In this document: one piece after another, positions 33,977-46,885 of the stretch
Numbering within the stretch: the stretch's first letter is position 1
Layout of the letters: the number at the start of each line of letters is the position of its first letter
DNA from: Macrostomum hystrix
Taxonomy: Eukaryota; Animalia; Platyhelminthes
Reading direction: 5' to 3'
NCBI GenBank assembly: GCA_950097015.1
Contig: CATNEN010000008.1
Location: forward strand, 868,001-932,000
DNA: 64,000 nucleotides
Notes under the pieces: model-generated
Databases searched by the model: none
What the model saw: the letters and a program-made list of their open reading frames with translations, nothing else
What the model was told of the DNA's origin: nothing
Made by a program: the position numbers and the translations under genes

Positions 33977-35058
33977 ATGGCACATTGGTGTATACCTCAC
34001 ACAAGTTAGATAGGTTTTTTATGATGCATGCGCATGCATATTGTAGGGCCACTAAGGCGAAAGTGGCTATCTGTAGCTAACAGGATCAAGGCATTTAAAA
34101 TCGCTTGTAACTGCTCCTATTACCAGGCTAGTGTTTGTCCGAGCTCGTCGTGACGACTCTCGATGCCATATCGAAGAAAAAGAGGACCCGGAGCTGGTTG
34201 GGGAAACGCTGAACAATGCTATTTTGAGTCGCCTACTTTGGTCAGCTGCTCGAGAGCTTCTCTGTCGGCAGGTGGCAAAATTCTACAGATTGGTTAGCCG
34301 CAGTCTAGAACTCTTATCCAGCTACCAACTGTACTCAGTGCTGCTGGAGCTTGTACACGACTGCGCTTTTCTATCGCTTGCTGCGCCTCATCAAATTGAC
34401 CAGCATTCTGGGACAACGGTAGAAAGCTCAAAAACTGACATGCTTCTAGTTTGCTGATATTTTTCATCGCCTATGTAATGCTAATGAATAGATAAAAATC
34501 TGACTAATGGACGAACCTAGTGCGAATGAAAAGGAGGAGCGAAATCAACCAGCCCCAAGCTGGAGTCTCCGTATATTTAGACGCAATAAATATGATAGGC
34601 TGGGACAGAATGGGGGGCAGACGGAGCGGAGAGATAAATAGGGGTGGGAAAGCGTGGGGGGACGCAATCGAAGGGGTTAGCGGTCAATAAATAAGATTAA
34701 GGGGGGAAGAGAATTGAGCAATCAGGCCCGACTGGTGGTGGTTAAGCGCCTAAAAAATCGATAATTGTGCGGACGGGGCAGGCAGACCAGGGTTGGACAA
34801 GAGAAGTAGGGGTCGAGGACTTCTAGAAATAGCATCTAGAAATGCCACAATAAATAGATTTCCCCTTCAGGGATCCTTCAAAGGGCACCAGGACTACTAG
34901 AATATTCTCTAGACTAAACTGTAACGAAGTTTTCCTAGTTTTTTAGTGATCAGATTGAGTGACCAAATACAATAAGGCCAGATATAGCTATAAACTTCGT
35001 TACTATAAACTTAGTAAAGTAGATAAAGAATTGGTTTTCACTCGCGTTTCTCTTTTAG

Positions 35059-35332
35059 AGGTCTACTAGCTCCGGCATTTCAATGGTAGAAGATTATATC
35101 AGACCTATCGAAAGGCGGCAACAACAGGAAAAGCAGCAGCATCAACAACTGCACAGGCAGCAGCATCAGGAGCAACGACAACAACAACAGCAGCAGCAGC
35201 AGCATCAACAGCAGCAGCAGCATCAACAGCAGCAGCAGCATCAAAGGCAACAGCAACAGCAGCAGCAGCATCAAAGGCAACAACAACAACAACAACAACA
35301 ACAACAGAAGCAGCAGCAGCAGCATCAAAGGC

Positions 35333-35397
<65 letters not shown>

Positions 35398-35550
35398 CAA
35401 CAGCAGCAGAAGCAGCATCAAAGGCAAAAACAACAGCAGCAGCAGCAGCATCAGCAGCAGCAGCAGCAGGGACAGTGGCGGAGGCAGAGTAAGCAGGTTC
35501 TAAGGCCGAGGCCCGTCGCAATGGGCACTCGGATCCCAGTTCCTATCTGA
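35059..35550 (+). CDS. Possible poly-Gln exon or small ORF built on a CAG/CAA tract; function unknown
   Basis: A strong acceptor tttctcttttag| at 35058 is in frame with ATG 35083; the stop is at 35548-35550. No recognisable domain, so it may be a non-coding microsatellite. Confidence 0.3.
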
Positions 35551-36039
35551 GCTTTGGCCACAGCTTGGCCAAAGTCGATGACTTCGTTGGGCGCAGATAA
35601 TAATTAACATTGCCAAGAACGAATGCTTTGAAGATTGTCTTTCTCAGGGAGTAAAGATACCGAAAGCCGAATTTCGCATCGGCTGTGCTTTCTGTAGATG
35701 TACATGTTGTAAGCCCTGGCTCGCTTTTTAATGCGCTTAAATTTAAATTTACATTATAGTAAAGCGACCATCATTAAGTTGATACTTCTTTAAGTTGTAG
35801 ATTAGTACTTATCAACGGCTGACTGAATGGACCGCTTTCTTATTTGGAAGTTTTTTGCGCAGTCGAACGGCCTTGAAATGCTCGGCGCTCTCGACTAGTT
35901 TGATCTTTCGTTGTAGCTCACTGAAGTGAAGTGAAATGCAGATAATTGGCTGCTTAATCTTCGTTCAGTTGTCAAGTGAACATGCGCATTGCTCACAAAA
36001 TTCAGATTTGAAAGTACAAAGTCTTGCAGATTTCGTGGA

Positions 36040-38070
36040 TTTCCTTGGGTTTACGCGGGTTTCCTAGCAGAAAATTCTGTGGGTTTCCTCCTGTCAGCAG
36101 ATTCTGTGGGTTTCCTTGGGTTTACGCGGGTTTCCTAGCAGAAAATTCTGGGGTTTCCTCCTGTCAGCAGATTCCGTGGATTTCCTTGGGTTTACGCGGA
36201 TTTCCGAGCAGCAGATTCCGTGGGTTTCCAAGCAGCAGATTCCGTGGGTTTCCTAGCAGCAGATTCCGTGGGCTTCCTAGCAGCAGATTCCGTGAGTTTC
36301 CTAACAGCAGATTCCATGGGTTTCCTAGCAGCAGATTCCGTGGGTTTCCTAGCAGCAGATTCCGTGGGTTTCCTAGCAGCAGATTCCGTGAGTTTCCAAG
36401 CAGCAGATTCCGTGGGTTTCCTAGCAGCAGATTCCGTGGGTTTCCTAGCAGCAGATTCCGTGAGTTTCCTAGCAGCAGATTCCATGGGTTTCCTAGCAGC
36501 AGATTCCATGGGTTTCCTAGCAGCAGATTCCATGGGTTTCCTAGCAGCAGATTCCGTGAGTTTCCTAGCAGCAGATTCCGTGGGTTTCCTAGCAGCAGAT
36601 TCCGTGGGTTTCCTAGCAGCAGATTCCGTGAGTTTCCTAACAGCAGATTCCGTGAGTTTCCAAGCAGCAGATTCCGTGGGTTTCCTAGCAGCAGATTCCA
36701 TGGGTTTCCTAGCAGCAGATTCCGTGGGTTTCCTAGCAGCAGATTCCGTGAGTTTCCTAGCAGCAGATTCCGTGGGTTTCCTAGCAGCAGATTCCATGGG
36801 TTTCCTAGCAGCAGATTCCATGGGTTTCCTAGCAGCAGATTCCATGGGTTTCCTAGCAGCAGATTCCGTGAGTTTCCTAGCAGCAGATTCCATGGGTTTC
36901 CTAGCAGCAGATTCCGTGAGTTTCCTAGCAGCAGATTCCGCGGGTTTCCTAGCAGCAGATTCCATGGGTTTCCTAACAGCAGATTCCGTGAGTTTCCTAG
37001 CAGCAGATTCCGTGGGTTTCCTAGCAGCAGATTCCGTGAGTTTCCTAGCAGCAGATTCCGCGGGTTTCCTAGCAGCAGATTCCATGGGTTTCCTAGCAGC
37101 AGATTCCGTGGGTTTCCTAGCAGCAGATTCCGTGGGTTTCCTAGCAGCAGATTCCGTGGGTTTCCTAGCAGCAGATTCCATGGGTTTCCTAGCAGCAGAT
37201 TCCATGGGTTTTCTAGCAGCAGATTCCGTGGGTTTCCTAGCAGCAGATTCCGTGGGTTTCCTAACAGCAGATTCCGTGGATTTCCTAACAGCAGATTCCG
37301 TGGGTTTCCTAGCAGCAGATTCCATGGGTTTCCTAACAGCAGATTCCATGGGTTTCCTAGCAGCAGATTCCATGGGTTTCCTAGCAGCAGATTCCGTGGG
37401 TTTCCTAGCAGCAGATTCCGTGGGTTTCCTAGCAGCAGATTCCGTGGGTTTCCTAGCAGCAGATTCCGTGGGTTTCCTAGCAGCAGATTCCGTGGGTTTC
37501 CTAGCAGCAGATTCCGTGAGTTTCCTAGCAGCAGATTCCGCGGGTTTCCTAGCAGCAGATTCCATGGGTTTCCTAGCAGCAGATTCCGTGAGTTTCCTAA
37601 CAGCAGATTCCGTGGGTTTCCTAACAGCAGATTCCGTGGGTTTCCTAACAGCAGATTCCGTGGGTTTCCTAACAGCAGATTCCATGGGTTTCCTAGCAGC
37701 AGATTCCATGGGTTTCCTAGCAGCAGATTCCGTGGGTTTCCTAGCAGCAGATTCCGTGGGTTTCCTAACAGCAGATTCCGTGGATTTCCTAACAGCAGAT
37801 TCCGTGGGTTTCCTAGCAGCAGATTCCGTGGGTTTCCTAACAGCAGATTCCGTGGATTTCCTAACAGCAGATTCCGTGGGTTTCCTAGCAGCAGATTCCA
37901 TGGGTTTCCTAACAGCAGATTCCATGGGTTTCCTAGCAGCAGATTCCATGGGTTTCCTAGCAGCAGATTCCGTGAGTTTCCTAGCAGCAGATTCCGCGGG
38001 TTTCCTAGCAGCAGATTCCGTGGGTTTCCTAGCAGCAGATTCCGTGGGTTTCCTAGCAGCAGATTCCGTG
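36040..38070. repeat. 24-bp minisatellite (cagattccgtgggtttcctagcag)n
   Basis: Period 24; ~80 copies with a degenerate 5' edge. It produces the FPSSRFRG, GFLAADSV and ESAARKPT ORFs. Confidence 0.97.
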
Positions 38071-38479
38071 GTTTTTAGAAATGAGGTTTTTAGTTTTGTT
38101 TATGACCAATGATGCATTGTTATGCGATAGAATCAACATGCCTATCATAATTATTTCCTGAAAAGCAGGAACATATGAAGGTTGCTCACCCAAAGTGGCA
38201 GTGAAAATATCACTTAAAGAGAATAAACTGCATGGAATGATTTCCTGTTCATTTAATATTAAATTGTCAGCCCAAGCTAGTCAGGTAGCTGCAGTGCCTT
38301 TGATCAATGATTGACACTTCTTGAAAAATCCTTCAACGAATTCGTTTAAGACTGTCCGCTGTGCACAGGTAATTGATAAACAAGAAATGAAATGCTCTTC
38401 TCTGATCTTTTACATCAGCAGAAAATTATAGCAAATTAGTTTTTATCTATATCCCCTAATCCATTCCCTCACTCTATTC

Positions 38480-40137
38480 CCAGAATCAATTCCCTGGCTC
38501 TATTCCCTCACTCTATTCCCTCACTCTATCCACTGACTCCCTATTCCCTGACTCTCATTCCTTGACTCTCTATTCCCTCACTCTATCCCCTCACTCTATC
38601 CACTGACTCCCTATTCCCTGACTCTCATTCCTTGACTCTCTATTCCCTCACTCTATTCCCTCACTCTATCCACTGACTCCCTATTCCCTGACTCTCATTC
38701 CTTGACTCTCTATTCCCTCACTCTATTCCCTCACTCTATCCACTGACTCCCTATTCCCTGACACTCATTCCTTGACTCTCTATTCCCTCACTCTATCCAC
38801 TGACTCCCTATTCCCTGACACTCATTCCTTGACTCTCTATTCCCTCACTCTATTCCCTCACTCTATCCACTGACTCCCTATTCCCTGACTCTCATTCCTT
38901 GACTCTCTATTCCCTCACTCTATTCCCTCACTCTATCCACTGACTCCCTATTCCCTGACTCTCATTCCTTGACTCTCTATTCCCTCACTCTATCCCCTCA
39001 CTCTATCCACTGACTCCCTATTCCCTGACACTCATTCCTTGACTCTCTATTCCCTCACTCTATCCACTGACTCCCTATTCCCTGACACTCATTCCTTGAC
39101 TCTCTATTCCCTCACTCAATTCCCTCACTCTATCCACTGACTCCCTATTCCCTGACTCTCATTCCTTGACTCTCTATTCCCTCACTCTATCCCCTCACTC
39201 TATCCACTGACTCCCTATTCCCTGACTCTCATTCCTTGACTCTCTATTCCCTCACTCTATCCCCTCACTCTATCCACTGACTCCCTATTCCCTGACTCTC
39301 ATTCCTTGACTCTCTATTCCCTCACTCTATCCACTGACTCCCTATTCCCTGACACTCATTCCTTGACTCTCTATTCCCTCACTCAATTCCCTCACTCTAT
39401 CCACTGACTCCCTATTCCCTGACTCTCATTCCTTGACTCTCTATTCCCTCACTCTATCCCCTCACTCTATCCACTGACTCCCTATTCCCTGACTCTCATT
39501 CCTTGACTCTCTATTCCCTCACTCTATCCCCTCACTCTATCCACTGACTCCCTATTCCCTGACTCTCATTCCTTGACTCTCTATTCCCTCACTCTATTCC
39601 CTCACTCTATCCACTGACTCCCTATTCCCTGACACTCATTCCTTGACTCTCTATTCCCTCACTCTATCCACTGACTCCCTATTCCCTGACACTCATTCCT
39701 TGACTCTCTATTCCCTCACTCTATCCACTGACTCCCTATTCCCTGACACTCATTCCTTGACTCTCTATTCCCTCACTCTATCCACTGACTTCCTATTCCC
39801 TGACACGCATTCCTTGACTCTCTATTCCCTCACTCTATTCCCTCACTCTATCCACTGACTCCCTATTCCCTGACTCTCATTCCTTGACTCTCTATTCCCT
39901 CACTCTATTCCCTCACTCTATCCACTGACTCCCTATTCCCTGACTCTCATTCCTTGACTCTCTATTCCCTCACTCTATTCCCTGACTCTCATTCCTTGAC
40001 TATCTATTCCCTCACTCTATTCCCTCACTCTATTCCCTCACTCTATCCACTGACTCCCTATTCCCTGACTCTCATTCCTTGACTCTCTATTCCCTAACTC
40101 TATTCCCTCACTCTATTCCCTCACTCTATTCCCTCAC

Positions 40138-40140
<3 letters not shown>
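38480..40140. repeat. Pyrimidine-rich satellite of 13-15-bp ctctattccctsa monomers in a 70-bp higher-order unit
   Basis: ctattccctgactctcattc recurs at 38541 and 38611 (period 70); 57-bp variants lack one 13-mer. Confidence 0.95.

Positions 40141-40228
<88 letters not shown>
40138..40228. repeat. (TCTG)n microsatellite
   Basis: Perfect run abutting the satellite. A second run lies at 41458-41506 in a Kelch intron. Confidence 0.95.
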
Positions 40229-40879
40229 TTCTAGGAATATATAACACTTGCAGATAAAGCTATTTTATATATTTTATTCTGTTTATTATGTTGATAGTCA
40301 ATAAATCAGTGTATATTTGTTTTAATAATTACTTGTCATTTTTTAAAATAGATTTTGCGCACGATGCCATCAAAGAGCATTCAGGACACACGTGAAAGCA
40401 TATAATTCAAGGCAATTAAAAATAATTAAAAAATGATTTATAAATGTGAAATGCTTCGGTTGGGGCTGACAAAATCCTACAGGAGCTAATAGAAAGTAAA
40501 ATGCAGTCCGCTTAACTCCGCTTACATGGGGCTTGGTATTTTGAGCAGGATAAATATTATGCTTTTAGTTTAGCATAAATTCTACACGAGCTTCTGAAAG
40601 CTCAGTTGAGAAAGTAACAGGTCGCTTATCGAAATGACGGATAGCAATCCTAGCGTGGCGCATTTATGGTGTGTTTATGTAGCAATCAAATTTTCTTCGG
40701 CTTCAGTAAAGTGATGATAAAAATGTGATTTTTATTGACAAAAGAATGAAAATAAATTGATTTTTTTGTCATACAAAACTGTCAGAATGCAAAGAAATCA
40801 CAGCTGGCAATCTCCCGGCATTCAGTTGTGAGTAAAATCAAAATGTCCCGCAAGCTGTGTCGGTCCAAGCAGAAAATCA

Positions 40880-43800
40880 TCAGGAAAATTCAGACTCATC
40901 GATCAGTTTTGAGCTCACAGGCACAGCTGCGATGCCAAACTGGGTCAGTCCAAGGCCACGCAGCCAGCTGACGTCTGTGACATCGCCGCGCTGACCGAGC
41001 AACCACTGCGAGCTGGAAGCTGCCGACTGCAGCTGGTCGATCGGAATCGCCATTGAATTGTTCCTGTTGGCAGAGAGACAGTGAGGCTTTGAGTACGTTT
41101 GTCTGTCTGCCTACTTGGAGCTTAATAATATAAATAATAATTGCAGGAGGGCTGCGGGAAATGGCACGTCATTTGGTGACACTATAGACCCGCAGCCAGC
41201 GAGGAGGCAATTCGGCCGATTTCGCTGACTCCTGAGCACGCACGCACACAAATGTGTACATCTGTCCTGGATTTCTCATCGTCAGGCCGTCTAAACTCTC
41301 ACTGTGCCTTGGAGGTTGGCTCTCAAGGGCCAAATAAGTTGTTAGACCGCTCTGCCACTGACCCTCCTACTACTTGGATGTTTGTAGTTCAATATATTTG
41401 GACTTCTGTGTCGGGCGGTCGGGAGTTCGAATCTCAGCCCTAGGGAAAAATGTACAGTTGTCTGTCTGTCTGTCTGTCTGTCTGCCTGTCTGTCTGTCTG
41501 TCTGTCACTCACCAGTGCAGCAGTTGATCCGCCGGTTCGCTGTTGTGCGCCACCAACCAGCGCGAGTCGACAACACAGGCGGTGCAGCTCTGTGGCAGCT
41601 GAAGCTGCCCTGGTAGCTCGTCGTCTGTAACCCAAGTCGGCTGTCGTCTCGGACAGAGGTTGAGCCACTCCCCGCCGACGCTGGCGTTGCCACCGAGTAC
41701 CAGGATGCGCCTAGTTGGCGGCGACTGCGGTGGAGGTGGTAGATCGTTGTTTTTAATGACGTCATTGATTTGTAATGTCATTGCAAAGCGACACAATCTT
41801 CACCTTTCCATCTGACTGCTGCTGCTGCTGCTCGCAGTTCAGTGGCAGCAGGCAAGGTCCTCCGCGTGGCACCATGAGGCCCCAATCTAGGCGGGTCCAT
41901 TGGTTATCAGCCGGGCTGTAAGAGTCCACCAGTCGGCAAGGCTGCTCAAAGCTGGGCTCCAGGTAGCCGCCGCAGGCGATGATTACGGAGCCGACGCCGC
42001 CCCAGCCGGCCACGCAGGCCAGACCCGGGCAGGATCGGGCTCGAGGCAGCGGTTCTCTGAGGTTCCAGACGCGACGCTGAAGGCTGACAGCGGATTTCTG
42101 AAGATCTTCGTCCGGCTGTTCGTCGTCGTCAGTGAAGATTTGAAATGCTTGAACCTGGCATGTCAGGGTGGGGAGTTTCTAATCATTCAGCTTTCTTAGC
42201 CCCATTTATCCCAGGGAACTCACCGTGTCCAGGCAGCCATCCAGTCCGTTCTCTCCGCCCACAGCGTAAACAACTGAGTCGCAGACAACTGCAGACGGAA
42301 AGCAGCAAGCGTTGTGAAGGCCCGCTATGGGGACCCAGGCCAGCTCTGCGTTCTTGTTGCTTCTAAAAGCAATGGTGATTTGTGGGTCGAGGAGAATTGT
42401 GGATCGAGGTTAAAGAATGTTGATTGTCCGAGTGTGTATTTGTCAGCAGGATGATATTTCTTTTGACTGTGTTCGTTTTCGGTTTGAGTAGGTTGATATT
42501 CAGTTGGACAAGAACGATATGCGGTTTTGGAAGACTCATTCGAGTATTTGGTTTGAGTAGGCTCATATTCGGTTTGAGTAGGCTCATATTCGGTTTGAGT
42601 AGGCTCATATTCGGTTTGAGTAGGCTCATATTCGGTTTGAGTAAGCTCATATTCGGTTTGAGTAGGCTCATATTCGGTTTGAGTAGGCTCATATTCGGTT
42701 TGAGTAGGCTCATATTCGGTTTGAGTAGGCTACTAAAAGGCTACTAAATTTAAACGACGGAAGACTCTATATTGGGTGGAAAATTAGCTGAAGGCCCATT
42801 TTGATGAGAATACGCGTTGAGGAGATAGCAGATAAATTTGTTCTAAATCAAGGTGTAAATTCACCCCAAATCCAAGGCCAAGCAAGTGTTGGTCTCCGCT
42901 CCCGTGCTGCCCATCCAGCCCCCGAGAACGAAGACAACAGAGTCGTGACAGCAGCAGGCGAATGCCGCCCGCGGCTGCGGCAGCTGCAGCCGTGGACTGA
43001 AGGCCGCCAGACCGCTTCTGGGATCCACGAGGTACGCTGCGCAGCTGGCCTCACCCAAGCGTCCTACTGAGCCATTGTTGCCATCGCAACCGCCCAGCAA
43101 CAGCAGGTATTCGTGTGCTAGCCTGGGTGCGGCTGAGTGCTGGCACATATTGGCGAACATCTTCGATCGGCGAAAGCTGCTGAAGTACTGATAGGCGTCC
43201 ATGGCGCTCAGGGCCCTGCGGCTGCGCTCGTTGAGTCGATCAAAGCGCATTGCAGCCAGTAGGCAGATCTGGTCCCACAGTGGCGTCAGCCGGTCGGATA
43301 GCCACGCTAGCAGCGGCTCAACTAGGGTGTCCTCCAGCCACACGTTCAGCCTGTTTTCCAGTTTTAAACCATTCTGTTTGTGATAGACAGATAGAAATTA
43401 TATCTAACCCATTAACTCCACTGACTCCAGCTAATGCTGAGTAATTATTTTATATCTTGGCTAACTGTGGAAATGGAGATATAGTCAAAACATTTATCGG
43501 GGTGCAGCCGCTTGTTGTGAAAATTACGCCCTGAAAGTGTACGAGCTACACTGCCTGGCGATGAGAAAGCCAGGGCAGATGTACTCACCTGCGTGAGTGT
43601 GTGCCTGCGTACGGTATCTGTGTGCGTCATAAATTTGCCGATAGTCACAGAGCTCCAACGCACCAATCGTCTCTAAGCAGGTCAACAATCGTATCGACAC
43701 TGAACTGACGAAAATCCGGTTGTCGAGCCGCGCTCAGAAAGTGTTTGAGAAGAAATTCTCGGGTCAGCCTGGCGGCTTTTAGTCTCGGAAAGTCTCGCAC

Positions 43801-45310
43801 CTGCAGCCATATGCCGCACACAGTTTGAACACTCAGCTCGGACAGCACAAACGACTCGGCGTATCTAATCAGGCTGGCGCACTCGAACTGGCGCGCGGCT
43901 TCTAGAACTTCGCGGATTAGCGAAATTCGCATGTCCCTGCGTTGGGTTGAGGACCGTTTGCTGCTAAATCTGGGTTACTCTAAGGCGAGGCCACATTCGT
44001 TTGGGGCGGAGCCGCGGAGAGAAGGCTTGGGGGCTTGGGTCGTGCAATTTACGCCCGTGAGGGCCAACCTCCAAGGCACAGTGAGAGTGTACACTGCCTG
44101 ACGATGAGAAAGTCAGCGCAGATGTACACACCTGTGTGAGCGTATGCCTGCGTACAGTATCTGTGTGCGTGTGTGCTTAGGAGTCAGCGGAATGGGCAGA
44201 ATTGCCTCGCTGGCTGCGGGTCTATTGTCACCAAATGATGCGCCATTGTTCGCAACCCTGCTGCAAATATTATTATTATTATTATTATTACTTATTTTTG
44301 TCTTAACCCTCCAATCATTCCACCCCAAATACAATATCCTATAATCCTTCCTTCTCCCAGACACTACCACCGAATGCTACCGTGTCCCAGACACTAACCC
44401 TAATCTTTCCGCCCATAGGCACTACTCAGGGACTACTACTCAGAATTACCCGGGACGGGAAACGAGCGGTTCATGTTGATTCCGTGAGTCCGTGTTACTA
44501 GTGTTTTACATCACACTTGTTCAGAGCCGCAAGAGCTCGGGAGACACAAAAAATGCGTCTGATCACAAGATTGCCAAAACTCGTAGCGCATCTAGCCTTG
44601 AATAGCTCTTGTATAATTAGTTCTACAGGTTAAGATTGCACTGGAAGCTTATTTTGTGCTTTATCTTAATGAAGATGTTTAAGCGGGGTTTAAATTATAG
44701 GAAAAGTTATGATAACACCCAGGCAAAAGCTGATGACCTAAAGCTACAGAGTGATACATTCTGTGCATGCTGAGAAAATTTGGATTTGATCCGATCAAAA
44801 TCTGCATGAATTGCTCCTTTCCCGTCCCGGGTATTTAGTAGACCCTGCACTACCCTCAAATCCTTCCGCCCAATGACCCTATTGTCTAATCCTATAGCCC
44901 CTTCCCTAATCTCTAATCCCTCCACCCCAGACACTACCCTTTATCTTTCACATCCTACACTTATACAACCATACCATTACATCCATTTGATGTTTTCCAT
45001 CGGACAGCATAAAAAACAAATCTTACTCTCACCTTACTCGATCAAAGTGACAGAAGTACAGCAGCAGTTGCAATCTACTCAGGCTGCTTACTTCCCTCTC
45101 CGTCAGTTTGAGCAAATTCGCGCCATTGTCAGCTTGCAGGACTCGCTCGTAGAATAAGTAACTCTTGGCTATCAAAGAGTGCATGTGCACTTTAACGCGA
45201 GTGCCCAGTATATCGAGCTCGTGTCGCAGCAACCTAGGCTCAAAATCTTTGAGCAGACCGGAGAAACCCTCGGCAGTAGGACATTGCTCAGATGTTTGAT
45301 TGGCGCTCAT
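40880..45310 (-). CDS. Kelch-like protein (BTB-BACK-Kelch; putative Cul3 substrate adaptor), 7 exons, 640 aa
   Basis: Exons (minus) 45310-45033, 43936-43664, 43350-42865, 42362-42224, 42154-41804, 41724-41513 and 41063-40880 total 1923 nt; all introns are GT-AG and phase-consistent. BTB-like VKVHMHSLIAKSYLF...LQLLLYF; BACK EVLEAARQF...CGIW...FLLKHF...DDWLNVWLE...LLAWL...MRFDRL; Kelch repeats with GG motifs (LLLLGG, VFVLGGW, VYAVGGE, IIACGGY, ILVLGG). Minus-strand AATAAA at ~40731. Confidence 0.88.
41123..41366 (-). mobile_element. tRNA-derived SINE, copy C (internally deleted), Kelch intron 6
   Basis: A-box gtggcagagcgg retained; B-box region deleted; body and (att)n tail present. Confidence 0.75.
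42530..42731. repeat. 21-bp minisatellite (attcggtttgagtaggctcat)n, Kelch intron 3
   Basis: ~9 copies. It produces the MSLLKPN and IFGLSRL ORFs. Confidence 0.95.
43490..43630 (+). mobile_element. SINE fragment, copy D (central body), Kelch intron 2
   Basis: acattt...gcagccgc...gatgagaaagccagggcagatgtactcacctg...gcctgcgtacggtatctgtg matches the body of the other copies. Confidence 0.7.
43982..44290 (+). mobile_element. SINE copy E (5'-truncated), Kelch intron 1
   Basis: Begins at ggcgaggccacatt; complete body and a long (att)n tail. Confidence 0.8.
44449..44831. mobile_element. MITE with 14-bp TIRs flanked by TA (Tc1/mariner-like), Kelch intron 1
   Basis: cccgggacgggaaa (44449-44462) and tttcccgtcccggg (44818-44831); TA at 44447-44448 and 44832-44833. 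Confidence 0.65.
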
Positions 45311-45524
45311 TTTGAATTCTTTGAACTAACGCTGGCAATAATAAAATGACAATCTTATCCCTTGTGGGCTGTTGAAATGTTAGAAATAAGCCAGTCATCT
45401 GGGTGGCTATGCTAAGCAGTTGTCTATGGCTGAACCCTGGTGGAGACAGGAAAGCGCAAGCATCTTATTAAACGATTTTTTTAGCGTTAACGCTCAGTGA
45501 ATTGTGTTAAACCTTATCGTATGT

Positions 45525-46885
45525 AGCATCAATGGCACTATCGATAGCATCAATGGCACTATCAATAGCATCAATGGCACTATCAATAGCATCAATGGCA
45601 CTATCGATAGCATCAATGGCACTATCAATAGCATTAATAGCACTATCAAAAGCATCAATAGCACTATCAATAGCATCAATGGCACTATCAAAAGCATCAA
45701 TAGCACTATCAATAGCATCAATAGCACTATCGATAACATCAATGGCACTATCAATAGCATCAATAGCACTATCAAAAGCATCAATGGCACTATCAATAGC
45801 ATCAAAAGCACTATCAATAGCATCAATAGCACTATCAATAGCATCAATAGCACTATCGATAACATCAATGGCACTATCAATAGCATCAATAGCACTGTCG
45901 ATAGCATCAATAACACTATCAATAGCATCAATGGCACTATCAATAGCAGCAATGGCACTATCAATAGCATCAATGGCACTATCAATAGCATCAATGGCAC
46001 TATCAATAGCATCAATAGCACTATCGATAACATCAATGGCACTATCGATAACATCAATAGCACTATCGATAACATCAATGGCACTATCAATAGCATCAAT
46101 GGCACTATCAATAGCATCAATAGCACTATCGATAACATCAATGGCACTATCGATAACATCAATAGCACTATCAATAGCATCAATGGCACTATCAATAGCA
46201 TCAATGGCACTATCAATAGCATCAATAGCACTATCAATAGCATCAATAGCACTATCAAAAGCATCAATGGCACTATCAAAAGCATCAATAGCACTATCAA
46301 TAGCATCAATAGCACTATCAATGGCATCAATAGCTTTATCAATAGCATCAATAGCACTATCAATAGCATCAATAGCACTATCAATAGCATCAATAGCACT
46401 ATCAATAGCATCAATAGCACTATCAATAGCATCAATAACACTATCAATAGCATCAATGGCACTATCAATAGCATCAATAGCCCTATCAATAGCATCAATA
46501 ACACTATCGATAACATCAATGGCACTGTCAATTGCATCAATGGCACTATCAATAGCATCAATGGCACTATCAATAGCATCAATGGCACTATCAAAAGCAT
46601 CAATAGCACTATCGATAACATCAATGGCACTATCAATAGCATCAATAACACTATCGATAACATCAATGGCACTATCAATAGCATCAATGGCACTATCAAT
46701 AGCATCAATGGCACTATCAATAGCATCAATGGCACTATCAAAAGCATCAATAGCACTATCGATAACATCAATGGCACTATCAATAGCATCAATAGCACTA
46801 TCAATAGCATCAATAGCACTATCAATAGCATCAATGGCACTATCAATAGCATCAATGGCACTATCAATAGTATCGATTGCACTAT
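45525..46885. repeat. 21-bp minisatellite (atcaatagcatcaatggcact)n
   Basis: Built from 9+12-bp subunits; ~65 copies. It begins ~215 bp upstream of the Kelch ATG. Confidence 0.96.

Noticed and set aside
34131-34457. 108-aa ORF as a gene or TE fragment
   Set aside because: GTG start, no motif I recognise, and no convincing donor linking it to the 35059 acceptor.
36024-38112. Three long ORFs (585-684 aa) over the 24-bp array
   Set aside because: The unit length is divisible by 3 and has no stops, so it is open on both strands. Variants are not biased toward synonymous changes, and there is no domain.
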